A program made the position numbers and the translations under genes. The notes under the pieces were generated by a model. It saw only the letters and a list, made by a program, of their open reading frames with translations, was not told where the DNA came from and made no database searches. Positions 1 to 10,515 of a stretch of DNA of 64,000 nucleotides are shown one piece after another (positions within the stretch are counted from its first letter, which is position 1; each line of letters opens with the position of its first letter). The stretch comes from Candidatus Nomurabacteria bacterium GW2011_GWD2_36_14 (GTDB lineage: Bacteria > Patescibacteriota > Minisyncoccia > Phycocordibacterales > UBA9973), in assembly GCA_000991405.1 (NCBI GenBank), contig LBRL01000001.1:456466-520465 (forward strand), read 5' to 3'.

Positions 1-817
<817 letters not shown>

Positions 818-930
818 TTATTATTAATGATAATTGAGTCTTATAAGACTATTCTATCATAATTAAGTTCATTAAAAAAATAAGGTTTATTGGTATTCCA
901 GAACTTTATTATGTGTTACTATATTAATAT

Positions 931-2175
931 ATGAATAAGAAAAACCTATTTTATTGGTCACTTTATGATTTTGCCAATTCGTTCGTCTTTATTAATTTTT
1001 TGCTTTATTTTTCACAGTGGCTAGTGATTGATGGAGGGTTATCTGATTTCTGGTATAACGCAATTTTTGCCATAAGCTCAGTTATATTACTATTTTCTGG
1101 TCCTACACTCGCCTCTTTTACTGATAAGTTTGGAGGGAGAAAACATTTTCTTAAATTTTCAACATTTGGGACTATCTTAGGTTATGGTTTTGCAACTCTT
1201 CTGGCATACTTGAATCAACCAATGATTTTTATCGCCATATGCTTCCTAATTGGACAATATTTTTATCAATTATCTTTTATTTTTCATAACCCTATGATTG
1301 AAGATGTGGCAGACATAAATCATAGAGCGAGAGCCTCTGGAATTTGCCAATTCTCAAATAGCTTGGGTCAATTAATGGGTCTTGTGCTTTCACTCTTTTT
1401 TTCAAAAAATAGATTGGCATCTCTCCTCCCTTCAATAATTATATTTTTCCTTCTATCTTTGCCAATTCTAATTTATTTCAAAGAACAACAAATAAGGCAG
1501 GCAAAACTTAGTATTCAATCTTTCAGTAATGGTTCTAAAGAATTTTTTAGAAAGTTAGTTATTTTCTTCTCAGTTTCAGTGGCAGTTCCAGTGCTTGTAG
1601 CATTCTTTTTCTTTAATGATGCCCTTCTAACAGCGTCAAATAATTATTCTATTTATATGGAAAGAGTTTTCTCTATCCCAGATATGACTAAAAATATTAT
1701 TTTAATGACTATTCTTATAATGTCTGCTCTGGGTGGATTAACTTTTGGTAAAATTGCTGATAGAATTGGAGCATTGAAGTCCATAAAGATAATCCTTATA
1801 ACTTGGATTGTGTTGTTTCCAGGTTTGGGATTAGTGAAAACTATTCCTGGTTTAATTATTTGTTCTACTATGCTTGGTTTTACAATGGGCGGAATGGTTG
1901 CCGTAGTACGCGCATATTTGAGTCAGAAACTTAAGAAAGAAGAGTTTGGTTATGGATTTTCTTTCTATACATTATTTGAAAGATTTTCAACATTTTTTGG
2001 GCCACTAACATGGGGAGGATCAATTGCAATATTTGGAACTAGTGCAACTAGCTATCGCATAACGATGATATTTATGACTGTTTATATAGTAATTGGATTT
2101 TTAGTTATACAATTCTGGAAAATAAAACAACGCTCCACAAATCTTCAAACAGAACAAACCTCTTCGATGATATAA
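931..2175 (+). CDS. polytopic membrane transporter, MFS-like (about 12 predicted TM segments)
   Basis: 414-aa ORF, uniformly hydrophobic helical segments, two 6-TM halves separated by a charged loop; no specific substrate motif recognised. Confidence 0.45.
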   Translation: MNKKNLFYWSLYDFANSFVFINFLLYFSQWLVIDGGLSDFWYNAIFAISSVILLFSGPTLASFTDKFGGRKHFLKFSTFGTILGYGFATLLAYLNQPMIFIAICFLIGQYFYQLSFIFHNPMIEDVADINHRARASGICQFSNSLGQLMGLVLSLFFSKNRLASLLPSIIIFFLLSLPILIYFKEQQIRQAKLSIQSFSNGSKEFFRKLVIFFSVSVAVPVLVAFFFFNDALLTASNNYSIYMERVFSIPDMTKNIILMTILIMSALGGLTFGKIADRIGALKSIKIILITWIVLFPGLGLVKTIPGLIICSTMLGFTMGGMVAVVRAYLSQKLKKEEFGYGFSFYTLFERFSTFFGPLTWGGSIAIFGTSATSYRITMIFMTVYIVIGFLVIQFWKIKQRSTNLQTEQTSSMI

Positions 2176-2243
2176 ATATAGAACCTACAACAGCATTATC
2201 GCAAGGATGGTCACTACGATTTTGTGTTTAAAATTTACCTTAA

Positions 2244-2930
2244 TTATTTCAAGAGAAAACGAAGAGTTGAAACTAAACGGATCTTTTTATACTCAGGAGA
2301 GCCAGGATCTTTGTCTGTAATATCAAATACTCCTTGATTCCCTCTTGTAACACTTCCAACTACTGAATTTGAATTTTTAGCAAATTGTGAAGCTGTATCA
2401 CGAGCATTTTTTATTGCTTCAGCAAGCATTTCTGGCTTCACGCTATTTAAGTCAGAAAATTCAAAAGATATATTATTCTGGCTTAGTACCACTCCCCTTT
2501 TAACTAAGAGCAATGTCTCATTTGATGCTGATTTAGCAAGATCAACTTTCTTTGTATATACAGAAACTTGATTATTGGAATTGTATCTAAAGGCAGAACC
2601 TTTGTATGTATCTTGATAAATATTTACAGGAGCTGCATTTATTTCACTATCTTCAAAACCTTTTTCTTTTAGAAAAGATTTAATCGTTACAATGTTTTTT
2701 TCTATATCAGAATATAGTGAATCAACTTCATTTGATTTCACTTCAAAACTCATAGACCAAATAGCCGTATCAGCTTTCACAATCTTCTCAGAAAGACCCT
2801 TTACCTCCACATATGAACCTTGCTTTGAGAAATCATGAGCTGAGATAAAAAAGGCAACAGAAATTAATATAGCAAAAGCTACAATTGATAAACTTATAAA
2901 AGCAAACTTATTTTCTTTAATATTTTCCAT
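2244..2930 (-). CDS. SIMPL/DUF541-like periplasmic protein with N-terminal membrane anchor
   Basis: 228 aa, N-terminal TM then soluble domain; resembles 26-kDa periplasmic immunogenic protein (SIMPL) family by overall pattern. Confidence 0.4.
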   Translation of the reverse strand: MENIKENKFAFISLSIVAFAILISVAFFISAHDFSKQGSYVEVKGLSEKIVKADTAIWSMSFEVKSNEVDSLYSDIEKNIVTIKSFLKEKGFEDSEINAAPVNIYQDTYKGSAFRYNSNNQVSVYTKKVDLAKSASNETLLLVKRGVVLSQNNISFEFSDLNSVKPEMLAEAIKNARDTASQFAKNSNSVVGSVTRGNQGVFDITDKDPGSPEYKKIRLVSTLRFLLK

Positions 2931-2955
2931 ACATTAAGTATACCATATTTCCTGC

Positions 2956-3041
2956 GGAGCCGGCTGGATTCGAACCAGCGAGGGGTTTTATCCCCTGCAT
3001 CTTTAGCAAAGATGTACGTTAGACCACTCTGACACGGCTCC
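2956..3041 (-). tRNA. tRNA-Ser (anticodon GCU), type II with long variable arm
   Basis: Hand fold of reverse complement: acceptor GGAGCCG/CGGCUCC, discriminator G, anticodon stem CAUCU/AGAUG with loop UUGCUAA, long variable stem-loop, T arm GGUUCGAAUCC. Confidence 0.8.
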
Positions 3042-3136
3042 ATAATAACAATTATACCTTATCATATTTAAGATTTTTACTCAAAATTGTAATTTTATAT
3101 TTAAAGATAATTATGTTAATATAATCAGAGTTAAAA

Positions 3137-3223
3137 GGAGGATTGGATGAGTGGTTTAAATCAACGGTTTACTAAACCGTCGTACCTTAACCGGTACCGT
3201 GAGTTCGAATCTCACATCCTCCG
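3137..3223 (+). tRNA. type-II tRNA, Ser-like (G73, long variable arm); hand-folded anticodon loop UUACUAA = ACU (atypical A34)
   Basis: Acceptor GGAGGAU/AUCCUCC + G; anticodon stem ACGGU/ACCGU; variable stem GUACC/GGUAC; T arm GUGAG-UUCGAAU-CUCAC. Confidence 0.65.
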
Positions 3224-3269
3224 CAAATTATATGGTATAATTATATTATTATTTAAATAATATAAATTT

Positions 3270-3677
3270 ATGCTTAAAGAATTCAAACAATTTTTACTTC
3301 GTGGTAATGTAGTTGACCTTGCTGTCGGTGTCGTCATTGGTGCAGCTTTCGGTACTATCGTCTCGTCCCTAGTTGCCGATATTCTCACTCCGCTTATTGG
3401 AGCTATCGCTAAAACGCCAGACTTCAATGGTCTTGTATTTACTATTAATGGTAGCAACTTCTTGTACGGACATTTTATAAATAGTCTCATCTCCTTCTTG
3501 CTGGTATCTGGCTCTGTCTTCTTCTTCGTAGTTAAGCCTATGAACTTGCTTATTGCTCGCTCTCGTTCTAAGAAGGAACTCCCTGCCGATCCTACCACCA
3601 AGAAGTGTACAGAGTGTCTAAGTGAAGTACCTATCGAAGCCAAGCGTTGCTCGCATTGTACAGAAGTCATAGCTTAA
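3270..3677 (+). CDS. mscL: large-conductance mechanosensitive channel MscL
   Basis: MLKEFKQFLLRGNVVDLAVGVVIGAAFGTIVSSLVADILTPLIG is the canonical MscL N-terminus/TM1. Confidence 0.9.
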   Translation: MLKEFKQFLLRGNVVDLAVGVVIGAAFGTIVSSLVADILTPLIGAIAKTPDFNGLVFTINGSNFLYGHFINSLISFLLVSGSVFFFVVKPMNLLIARSRSKKELPADPTTKKCTECLSEVPIEAKRCSHCTEVIA

Positions 3678-3714
3678 TCTTCTTAAAAAGTTAAAACCTG
3701 TTATACTATATAAT

Positions 3715-4470
3715 ATGGACTCGAAAGACGATATAGAGAAAATTAAAAAAGAAAATGAGAAGTTAAAATTTATTAATGAGAATAAGTCTGACTTGGTCTC
3801 TGTATCTGCTCATCAGCTACGAACTTCCCTATCAGCTCTCAAGTGGACGTTGAAAATGTTTGACGACGGCGAGCTAGGCAATATAAACGACGAGCAAAAG
3901 AAATATATCGGGAAGGCTATAGAGAGCAACGAGCACGCTATAGATCTAGTGAACTACCTTCTGACTTTCAACAACTTAGAGGATACTTCCATGGCTTTCG
4001 ACTTTAAAAAGGTTTCTATTTTAGATATTTTAGGAAAAGTTATCGACGAATTCTACGGCGAACTTAGAAATAAAAATATCAAATTGACATTTATAAAACC
4101 AGCGACAGATATACCTGATGTGAAATGCGACAAAGAAATGATTACCGTCGCAATTCAAAGCTTGATAGAAAACGCCATCAAATATAGTCAAAATAACGAA
4201 GAGATTAATATAGATTTAAAGTATGATCCCAAGAATAATGAAATTCTGATATCTATTCATGATCAAGGTATAGGTATCAAGAAAGAGGACCAGCTAAAAA
4301 TATTCAATAAATTCTACCGGGCACCAAATGCAATCAAGAAGGAAACTACTGGCTCTGGACTTGGACTCTTCACAACAAAAAGCATTGTCGAAAGGCACAA
4401 TGGCAAAATATGGTTTGAAAGTTCTAGAGAATCAGGAACTTCCTTCTTTATATTATTGCCCATATCTTAA
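3715..4470 (+). CDS. sensor histidine kinase, cytoplasmic (HisKA + HATPase_c, no TM/sensor domain)
   Basis: H-box SVSAHQLRTSLSAL, N-box IENAIKYS, G-box GSGLGLFTTKSIVERHNGKI. Confidence 0.8.
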   Translation: MDSKDDIEKIKKENEKLKFINENKSDLVSVSAHQLRTSLSALKWTLKMFDDGELGNINDEQKKYIGKAIESNEHAIDLVNYLLTFNNLEDTSMAFDFKKVSILDILGKVIDEFYGELRNKNIKLTFIKPATDIPDVKCDKEMITVAIQSLIENAIKYSQNNEEINIDLKYDPKNNEILISIHDQGIGIKKEDQLKIFNKFYRAPNAIKKETTGSGLGLFTTKSIVERHNGKIWFESSRESGTSFFILLPIS

Positions 4471-4493
4471 TCATTGTGGTATAATAACAACAT

Positions 4494-4856
4494 ATGAAGA
4501 GAGTACTTATAATAGAAGACGACGATTTCCTACAAGGACTTGAAGCCAAGAAAATATTGAACAGTGGATATGATGTTTTGTCTGCGCAAACTGGAGAAGA
4601 TGCCATGAAGAAGATTCTAGAACCCAACGTAGATGTAATACTACTAGACCTACTACTTCCCAACTTCGATGGATTCGAAATTTTAAAGAAGATTAAAGAG
4701 AACGATAAGACCAAGAATATCCCCGTCATAATCTTCTCAAATTTATCTGAGAACAAAGACATAGAAAAGGCTATTAGTCTGGGGGCCACGAAGTTCATGG
4801 TCAAGTCCAACTTCTCCCTTGAAGAACTTATGGAGCAAATCAAAAAGCTAATATAA
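4494..4856 (+). CDS. single-domain response regulator (REC only, CheY-like)
   Basis: RVLIIEDDD...DVILLDLLLPNFDG...ATKFMVK: phospho-acceptor Asp and conserved Lys of receiver domain; 120 aa, no output domain. Confidence 0.8.
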   Translation: MKRVLIIEDDDFLQGLEAKKILNSGYDVLSAQTGEDAMKKILEPNVDVILLDLLLPNFDGFEILKKIKENDKTKNIPVIIFSNLSENKDIEKAISLGATKFMVKSNFSLEELMEQIKKLI

Positions 4857-4858
4857 AT

Positions 4859-4887
4859 AACACCGAGATGCCTCGGTGTTATTTTGT
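4859..4887 (+). terminator. rho-independent terminator after REC gene
   Basis: AACACCGAG-ATGC-CTCGGTGTT hairpin followed by ATTTTGT. Confidence 0.6.
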
Positions 4888-7178
4888 ATGTTACAATATA
4901 CATTATGAAACTAGATGACAAGATTGAGCTACATTTTCGAATTGATATAAACCAAAAGAAAGCGCTGGGACAGCTTGGACTCAAAACCTTAAAGGATCTT
5001 CTGTATCATTTCCCCTCTCGCTACAGTGATATAAGTGAGGTCAGAAATATAAACACCCTCACTGACGGCGAGAACGTTACAGTACTTGGCAATATATCAG
5101 GTCTCAAAACGAAAAAGGGTTTCAAGAGTAAGATCCCAATGGGTCAGGCAACTTTGAAAGATTTGACTGGCTCTATCAATATCATATGGTTCCACCAGCC
5201 TTACTTGGCAAAAATGCTAAAGGAAGGAGCAACCGTCCGTGTAACAGGGAAAGTATCTGAGAGTAAAACTTATGGGCTAACACTAACAAACCCAGAAATC
5301 ACAAAGGAGGATATTCTGCCGATAGATATACATGATTCATTGTTTAGTAGCAAAGAAGGGGCACAGACCCAATTCGGTTTTCCAGTCTACAGAGAGTCGC
5401 GAGGTATCACTTCTAAGTGGTTCTACCATGCCATTGGAAAAATATTAAAACAAAGTTGTGTCACAAATATTGTCGACTATATACCGAGCGATATTTTAAA
5501 TACCTACAAACTGCCAGCCTTGCACACGGCTCTATTCTGGATACATATGCCACAGAAGAAAGAGCATGCAGAGATAGCTCGCAAAAGATTTGCATTTGAA
5601 GAAGTCTTCTTCATCCAGCTTGCTCGCCAACAAGAGAAGAAGAAGTATCAAGAAAACTTTTCTTATAAATTGAAAATTCCTCACAAGGACGTGACGGACT
5701 TCATATCACGTTTCCCCTTCACTCCTACGAAAGCACAGACACATACAATAGATACGATACTAGAAGATTTTATAAAAGATAAGCCAATGTCTCGTCTAAT
5801 CGAGGGAGACGTGGGGTCTGGTAAAACTTTCGTCGCTGCTACTGTCGCTTATGCAGTTATCAAGAATACAACTGGAACTTCACGATATGGAGACTTTGGT
5901 AACCTTCAAGTCGCGTACATGGCTCCGACCGAAGTGCTGGCAACGCAACTTTTTGAGAACTTTATAGGATACTTTGAGCACACTGGTATATCTGTCGCTC
6001 TTATGACTGGCTCTGGATGTAGGAAGTATCCTAGTAAGAGTGCGAGGTGGGAGAATGGCTCACAAGTAAAAACTTGGACGACAATTTCGAAAAGCCAACT
6101 TTTGAAATGGATTAAAAATGGAGAGATACCTATCGTGATCGGTACTCATGCTCTCATATCGAAAACTGTAGAATTCAAAGATTTAGGATTAGTTATAATA
6201 GACGAACAACACCGCTTTGGTACAAACCAAAGAATGAAACTAGTGAAGAAGCATGGCCACGCTCCACACTATTTATCCATGACGGCCACCCCTATCCCCC
6301 GTACACTCGCTCTCACTATCTACGGAGACTTGGATTTAAGTATTATCGATGAAATGCCTTTGGGGCGTAAAAAAGTAATAACCGAAATAGTTCCTGAGAA
6401 TAAAAGAGGGGATTCTTATGAGAAAATAAAAAAGGAATTAGAAGCTGGTAGACAACTATACGTTATTTGTCCGAAGATAGGTGAGGAGTTCGGACAAAGT
6501 GTTTCAGGAAGCATTACGGAGGCTGTCGAGCCGAGTACTAGCAAAAATCTCAGCAGAGATTTATTGCGTGCTGACGGAAATACTTTGTCCGAACTCCGAA
6601 CCGTTAATGATGAGGCAAGGCGACTTAAAAAAGATATTTTCCAAAATTACAATATCGATATCATGCACAGTAAGATGACGAAAGAAAAGAAAGAGAAAGT
6701 CATGAAGGACTTTGCGGAAAAGAAAATAGATATCCTTGTTTCTACTTCTGTAATAGAAGTAGGAGTAAATGTACCAAACGCCACAGTTATAATAATAGAA
6801 GGATCTGAACGTTTCGGGCTTGCCCAGCTTCACCAGCTCCGTGGACGAGTTATTCGTTCAAATTATCAGTCCTACTGTTACCTATTTGCCGATGCTAAAA
6901 GTAATAAGACTATAGATAGACTTAAGGCCTTGACCAAAGCTACCAATGGCTTTGAGCTTGCCGAACTCGATTTACAGCTCCGCGGAGCAGGACTCCTCTC
7001 TGGCGACAAGCAATGGGGTATTACAGACCTTGGCATGGAAGCTATCAAGAATATTAAGATGGTAGAAGCCGCCCGCACCGAAGCAATAAGAATAGTAGAG
7101 AGTGATATAGATCTAAAATCTTCCCCTCTCCTCTCCAAAACTCTCTTAGAAAAAAATCTAAAACTGCATTTTGAATAG
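4884..7178 (+). CDS. recG: ATP-dependent DNA helicase RecG (likely true start at 4905, MKLDD...)
   Basis: Walker A GDVGSGKT, DEQHRFG motif, C-terminal HQLRGRVIRS; N-terminal wedge-domain region; two lineage-specific insertions in helicase core. Confidence 0.9.
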   Translation: MYVTIYIMKLDDKIELHFRIDINQKKALGQLGLKTLKDLLYHFPSRYSDISEVRNINTLTDGENVTVLGNISGLKTKKGFKSKIPMGQATLKDLTGSINIIWFHQPYLAKMLKEGATVRVTGKVSESKTYGLTLTNPEITKEDILPIDIHDSLFSSKEGAQTQFGFPVYRESRGITSKWFYHAIGKILKQSCVTNIVDYIPSDILNTYKLPALHTALFWIHMPQKKEHAEIARKRFAFEEVFFIQLARQQEKKKYQENFSYKLKIPHKDVTDFISRFPFTPTKAQTHTIDTILEDFIKDKPMSRLIEGDVGSGKTFVAATVAYAVIKNTTGTSRYGDFGNLQVAYMAPTEVLATQLFENFIGYFEHTGISVALMTGSGCRKYPSKSARWENGSQVKTWTTISKSQLLKWIKNGEIPIVIGTHALISKTVEFKDLGLVIIDEQHRFGTNQRMKLVKKHGHAPHYLSMTATPIPRTLALTIYGDLDLSIIDEMPLGRKKVITEIVPENKRGDSYEKIKKELEAGRQLYVICPKIGEEFGQSVSGSITEAVEPSTSKNLSRDLLRADGNTLSELRTVNDEARRLKKDIFQNYNIDIMHSKMTKEKKEKVMKDFAEKKIDILVSTSVIEVGVNVPNATVIIIEGSERFGLAQLHQLRGRVIRSNYQSYCYLFADAKSNKTIDRLKALTKATNGFELAELDLQLRGAGLLSGDKQWGITDLGMEAIKNIKMVEAARTEAIRIVESDIDLKSSPLLSKTLLEKNLKLHFE

Positions 7179-7179
7179 A

Positions 7180-7225
7180 AATTACAATTAAGAAACGGCC
7201 GTTTCTTAATTGTAAAATTATATTT
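7180..7225 (+). terminator. rho-independent terminator of recG
   Basis: 15-bp perfect palindrome ACAATTAAGAAACGG|CCGTTTCTTAATTGT followed by AAAATTATATTTTTATA. Confidence 0.65.
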
Positions 7226-7234
7226 TTATAATTG

Positions 7235-7308
7235 TCCGTCCTCTAGGATTCGAACCTAGGACCCCAGAGGTATAAGCTCTGTGCTCTAACCAACTGAGCT
7301 AAGGACGG
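7235..7308 (-). tRNA. tRNA with anticodon UAU (AUA-decoding Ile-type)
   Basis: RC fold: acceptor CCGUCCU/AGGACGG + A73; D arm GCUC-AGUUGGUUA-GAGC; anticodon stem CAGAG/CUCUG, loop CUUAUAC; T arm CUAGG-UUCGAAU-CCUAG. Confidence 0.7.
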
Positions 7309-7353
7309 ATTGGTTAAACTAAACATATATTACATAAAAACAGCCCAATAAGC

Positions 7354-7392
7354 AACCAACCCCGAAGCGAAGCTTCGGGGTTGGTTTTATTT
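7354..7392. terminator. strong GC hairpin + T-run between tRNA and ftsH 3' end (terminator/processing hairpin)
   Basis: AACCAACCCCGAAG-CGAAG-CTTCGGGGTTGGTT followed by TTTATTTGTTT on plus strand. Confidence 0.5.
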
Positions 7393-7406
7393 GTTTACTT
7401 TCTACT

Positions 7407-9311
7407 TCACTTCTTCCTTTTTTTCGGCACTATTCCATTCGCTACTATTATCTCATTGTATTCGGCTTGTTCGAGAGTTTCTACTTCTATTAATTTACTT
7501 GCAATAGCGTCTAGAACTTTTCTCTTTTCTGTCAGAACTTGTTTTGCAACAGCAAAGGCATTATTCATGATCTTCGAGACTTCTCCATCTATAAGAGCAC
7601 TGACTCTCTCAGAATACTCTTTATCATTTACCCCCTGACCGAACATTGTGCGCCCGCCATCACTCTCAAGAGCTATTGGACCTATCTCGCTACTCATCCC
7701 CCACCTTGTGACCATTGCTCGAGCTAGACTTGTCGCTACTTGAAGGTCGTTCGATGGACCTGTTGTAATATCTCCGAAGACCATTTCTTCTGCGACATAT
7801 CCACCGAGTGACATTGCTATGTCATCTAGGAATTCTTTCTTGCTTTGAAGTCTTCTTTCTTCTAAAGGAAGCTTGAGTGTGTAGCCTCCAGCACTTCCAC
7901 GAGAAACAATTGAAACTTTGTGAACTGGATCAGCATGAGGAAGCACAGATGCCACGAGTGCATGCCCTGCTTCATGATAAGCGGTAATTTCCTTTTCTTG
8001 TTTTGAAAGCAAGTGACTCTTCCTCTCGGGGCCCATCATTACTTTCTCAATGGAACGTACAAGGTCGAACTGGGCAATCTTCTTCCTATCTTCTCTCGCT
8101 GCAAGTATCGCTCCTTCATTCATAATAGAGAAAAGGTCAGCTCCTGAAAATCCGGGAGTCCTCTCTGCTATAACTTTCAAATTCACATCTTCGGCAAAAG
8201 GCTTCTTGCGAGAATGAATAGCGAGAATATCTTCGCGGTCTTTTCTATCAGGAAGATCTAGTAGTACTCTTCTGTCGAATCTTCCTGGGCGAAGAAGCGC
8301 TGGATCTAGCACATCACCTCTATTTGTCGCCGCCATCACTATTACCTTTTCATTGGGTTCAAATCCGTCCATCTCCACAAGTATCTGGTTCAAAGTCTGC
8401 TCACGTTCATCGTTGCCTCCTCCTACTCCTGTACCACGTACTCGCCCGACGGCATCTATTTCGTCAATAAAGACGATTGATGGTGCAGCCTTTTTGGCCA
8501 TTTTGAATAAATCCCGGACGCGGGAAGCTCCCACCCCTACGAACATTTCTACAAATTCAGAACCTGAAAGATGGAAAAATGGTACTTCTGCTTCTCCTGC
8601 TACAGCTCTAGCTAGCAAGGTCTTGCCTGTACCTGGTTGCCCAGTTAGAAGTACACCCTTTGGAATTCTTGCTCCAATATCTAAAAACTTTTTAGGATTC
8701 TTTAGGAAGTCTACAATTTCTTTCAATTCTTCTTTGGCTTCTTTCGCTCCGGCGACATCTTTGAAGGTTACTTTGTTGTTCTTGTCATCTGGGTCTGTAA
8801 TGCGAGCCTTGGATTGTCCGAAGGTGAAAGCTTGCATACCTTGACCTTTGGCCTGACGTGTAAGCATCCAGAATAAAAACATAATGAGGAATACTGGAAG
8901 TAAGAACGGTAGAATACTAAGTATCCAATACATGAAGCCAGACTCCGTCTTTATTTCAATCGGAGTAGAAGTAATCTGTGCCGGAGTCACTCCGTAATTG
9001 TACAAAGTCTCGGAGAGAGAACTCTCTAGCTCCTTTTTGGCTATACCTTTTGTCTTGTCCTTAAAGTCAATATTGATGTCGCCTCCTGAAACAGTAATTT
9101 TCTCAATAGTTCCATCTACAACACTTTTGGCAACGTCTGAAATAGCCATTTTCTTCACATCATCGCCCTTCTTTGTGAAAAAAGTATAAGCGACAGTAAT
9201 CGCCATGAAAATAAAGATGGCAATTACTATTTGGTTCATTATATTGGGGATCTTTGGTTGGGTTGGTTTTTTGTTTGTTTTTGGGTTCATAATATATTGC
9301 ATTATACACAA
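7407..9311 (-). CDS. ftsH: ATP-dependent zinc metalloprotease FtsH
   Basis: N-terminal TMs, Walker [19 protein letters not shown], Walker [33 protein letters not shown], zinc site HEAGHALV. Confidence 0.95.
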   Translation of the reverse strand: MCIMQYIMNPKTNKKPTQPKIPNIMNQIVIAIFIFMAITVAYTFFTKKGDDVKKMAISDVAKSVVDGTIEKITVSGGDINIDFKDKTKGIAKKELESSLSETLYNYGVTPAQITSTPIEIKTESGFMYWILSILPFLLPVFLIMFLFWMLTRQAKGQGMQAFTFGQSKARITDPDDKNNKVTFKDVAGAKEAKEELKEIVDFLKNPKKFLDIGARIPKGVLLTGQPGTGKTLLARAVAGEAEVPFFHLSGSEFVEMFVGVGASRVRDLFKMAKKAAPSIVFIDEIDAVGRVRGTGVGGGNDEREQTLNQILVEMDGFEPNEKVIVMAATNRGDVLDPALLRPGRFDRRVLLDLPDRKDREDILAIHSRKKPFAEDVNLKVIAERTPGFSGADLFSIMNEGAILAAREDRKKIAQFDLVRSIEKVMMGPERKSHLLSKQEKEITAYHEAGHALVASVLPHADPVHKVSIVSRGSAGGYTLKLPLEERRLQSKKEFLDDIAMSLGGYVAEEMVFGDITTGPSNDLQVATSLARAMVTRWGMSSEIGPIALESDGGRTMFGQGVNDKEYSERVSALIDGEVSKIMNNAFAVAKQVLTEKRKVLDAIASKLIEVETLEQAEYNEIIVANGIVPKKRKK

Positions 9312-9534
9312 AATATGGCTAAATAAAAATGCTTACTGTTTAAAAAAACAATAAGCATTTTAATTAGACTTGAAAACAGTGAACTTCAGGCCAGGCTTTG
9401 GGAGTAGTTGAGTTCTTGCTCCCGTGCCTCATTGTGAAAAAACAATTGTAGTTAAAGTCATTAAATCAAATTTAAAATAAAGAGTCAATGCTCTGTTTTG
9501 ATATTATTCATTATAACTGGTAACATAAGAGAAT

Positions 9535-9987
9535 ATGGCAACATATATAGACAATAGAAAAGCACACTTTAACTATAGTATAGAAGAAACATTCGAAGCT
9601 GGAATAGAGCTTTATGGTTTTGAAGTTAAAGCAATAAAAAATGGACAAGGAAGCATTACTTCGGCTTTTTGTATAATCCGTGGCGGTGAAGCTTATATTA
9701 TGAATTTACACATTCCTCCATACCAACCCAACAACGTCGATCCTGCATATGATCCCGACAGAACACGAAAACTATTATTATCAAAAAAGGAGATTAAGAA
9801 ACTCGCGGATAAGGATGATACGAAAGGATTGACTCTTATTCCCCTTTCATTGTATAGTAAAGGACGCTACATAAAGGTCTCTATAGCTGTCGCTCGTGGA
9901 AAGAAAGTTTTCGACAAAAGAGAAACTATCAAGAAACGGGAAACAGATAGAGAAATAAGTAGAGAGTTTAAAATAATTAAAAATTAG
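9535..9987 (+). CDS. smpB: SsrA-binding protein SmpB
   Basis: MATYIDNRKAHFNYSIEETFEAGIELYGFEVKAIKNGQGSI...DPDRTRKLLLSKKEIKKL matches SmpB throughout. Confidence 0.9.
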   Translation: MATYIDNRKAHFNYSIEETFEAGIELYGFEVKAIKNGQGSITSAFCIIRGGEAYIMNLHIPPYQPNNVDPAYDPDRTRKLLLSKKEIKKLADKDDTKGLTLIPLSLYSKGRYIKVSIAVARGKKVFDKRETIKKRETDREISREFKIIKN

Positions 9988-10071
9988 TAATTAATAATTA
10001 AAAATTGAAATCCAAAATTCTTAATTCATAATTATTAATTATTAATTGAAATTTTCTTTGAAAATTTCATA

Positions 10072-10462
10072 GGGGGATGATCGGTTTCGACAATAGGAAT
10101 CATCTTATATATGCATGTAAAGTACTCAGGAATCTTTTAAAACTTCTTGGAAAAGACTAAGTGCAAACAAAGTCGCAAAAGTAAAGTCTCCATACTTCGG
10201 TATGAACAGCTTTGCTTTCGCTTTCGCCTAATTTAGGCCCGAGCGATGTCTGCCCTCTTTACATCCGATACAGAGGGTGGGCATAATTCATCGGATTACG
10301 AATTTACAACCGCTTGCTGTAAATTCCGACAATTTAAAGCTCGGTGTTTATTTTTCTTGTATGTTCTCTAGAATAAACATTTAAACCCAAGTTGAACACT
10401 CTAAACATGTAGACTTCTATAAGATTTCCCCTTGCACGCGGGTCCGATTCCCGCCATCTCCA
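10072..10462 (+). ncRNA. ssrA: tmRNA (ssrA); tag ORF ANKVAKVKSPYFGMNSFAFAFA*
   Basis: Immediately downstream of smpB; 5' GGGGAUGAUCGGUUUCGACA, 3' T-arm GCGGGUCCGAUUCCCGC + acceptor CAUCUCC pairing with 5' GGGGAUG; in-frame tag ending AFAFA-TAA. Confidence 0.8.
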
Positions 10463-10515
10463 CAATATTGAAAAAACCCTTATTTTATAAGGGGTTTTTC
10501 AATATTGTGGAGATG
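10455..10515 (+). terminator. 27-bp near-perfect hairpin spanning tmRNA 3' acceptor end (terminator/processing structure)
   Basis: CATCTCCACAATATTGAAAAAACCCTTA ... TAAGGGGTTTTTCAATATTGTGGAGATG. Confidence 0.6.

Noticed and set aside
3212-3670. 152-aa minus-strand ORF
   Set aside because: Antisense shadow of mscL, which has unmistakable conservation
4448-4984. 178-aa minus-strand ORF
   Set aside because: Antisense to the well-supported REC gene and recG start; Ser/Ile-rich low-complexity
4884-7178. Two ~25-30-aa insertions in RecG helicase core
   Set aside because: Low-complexity lineage-specific loops between conserved motifs; judged ordinary variation
8353-8844. 163-aa plus-strand ORF
   Set aside because: Antisense shadow inside ftsH
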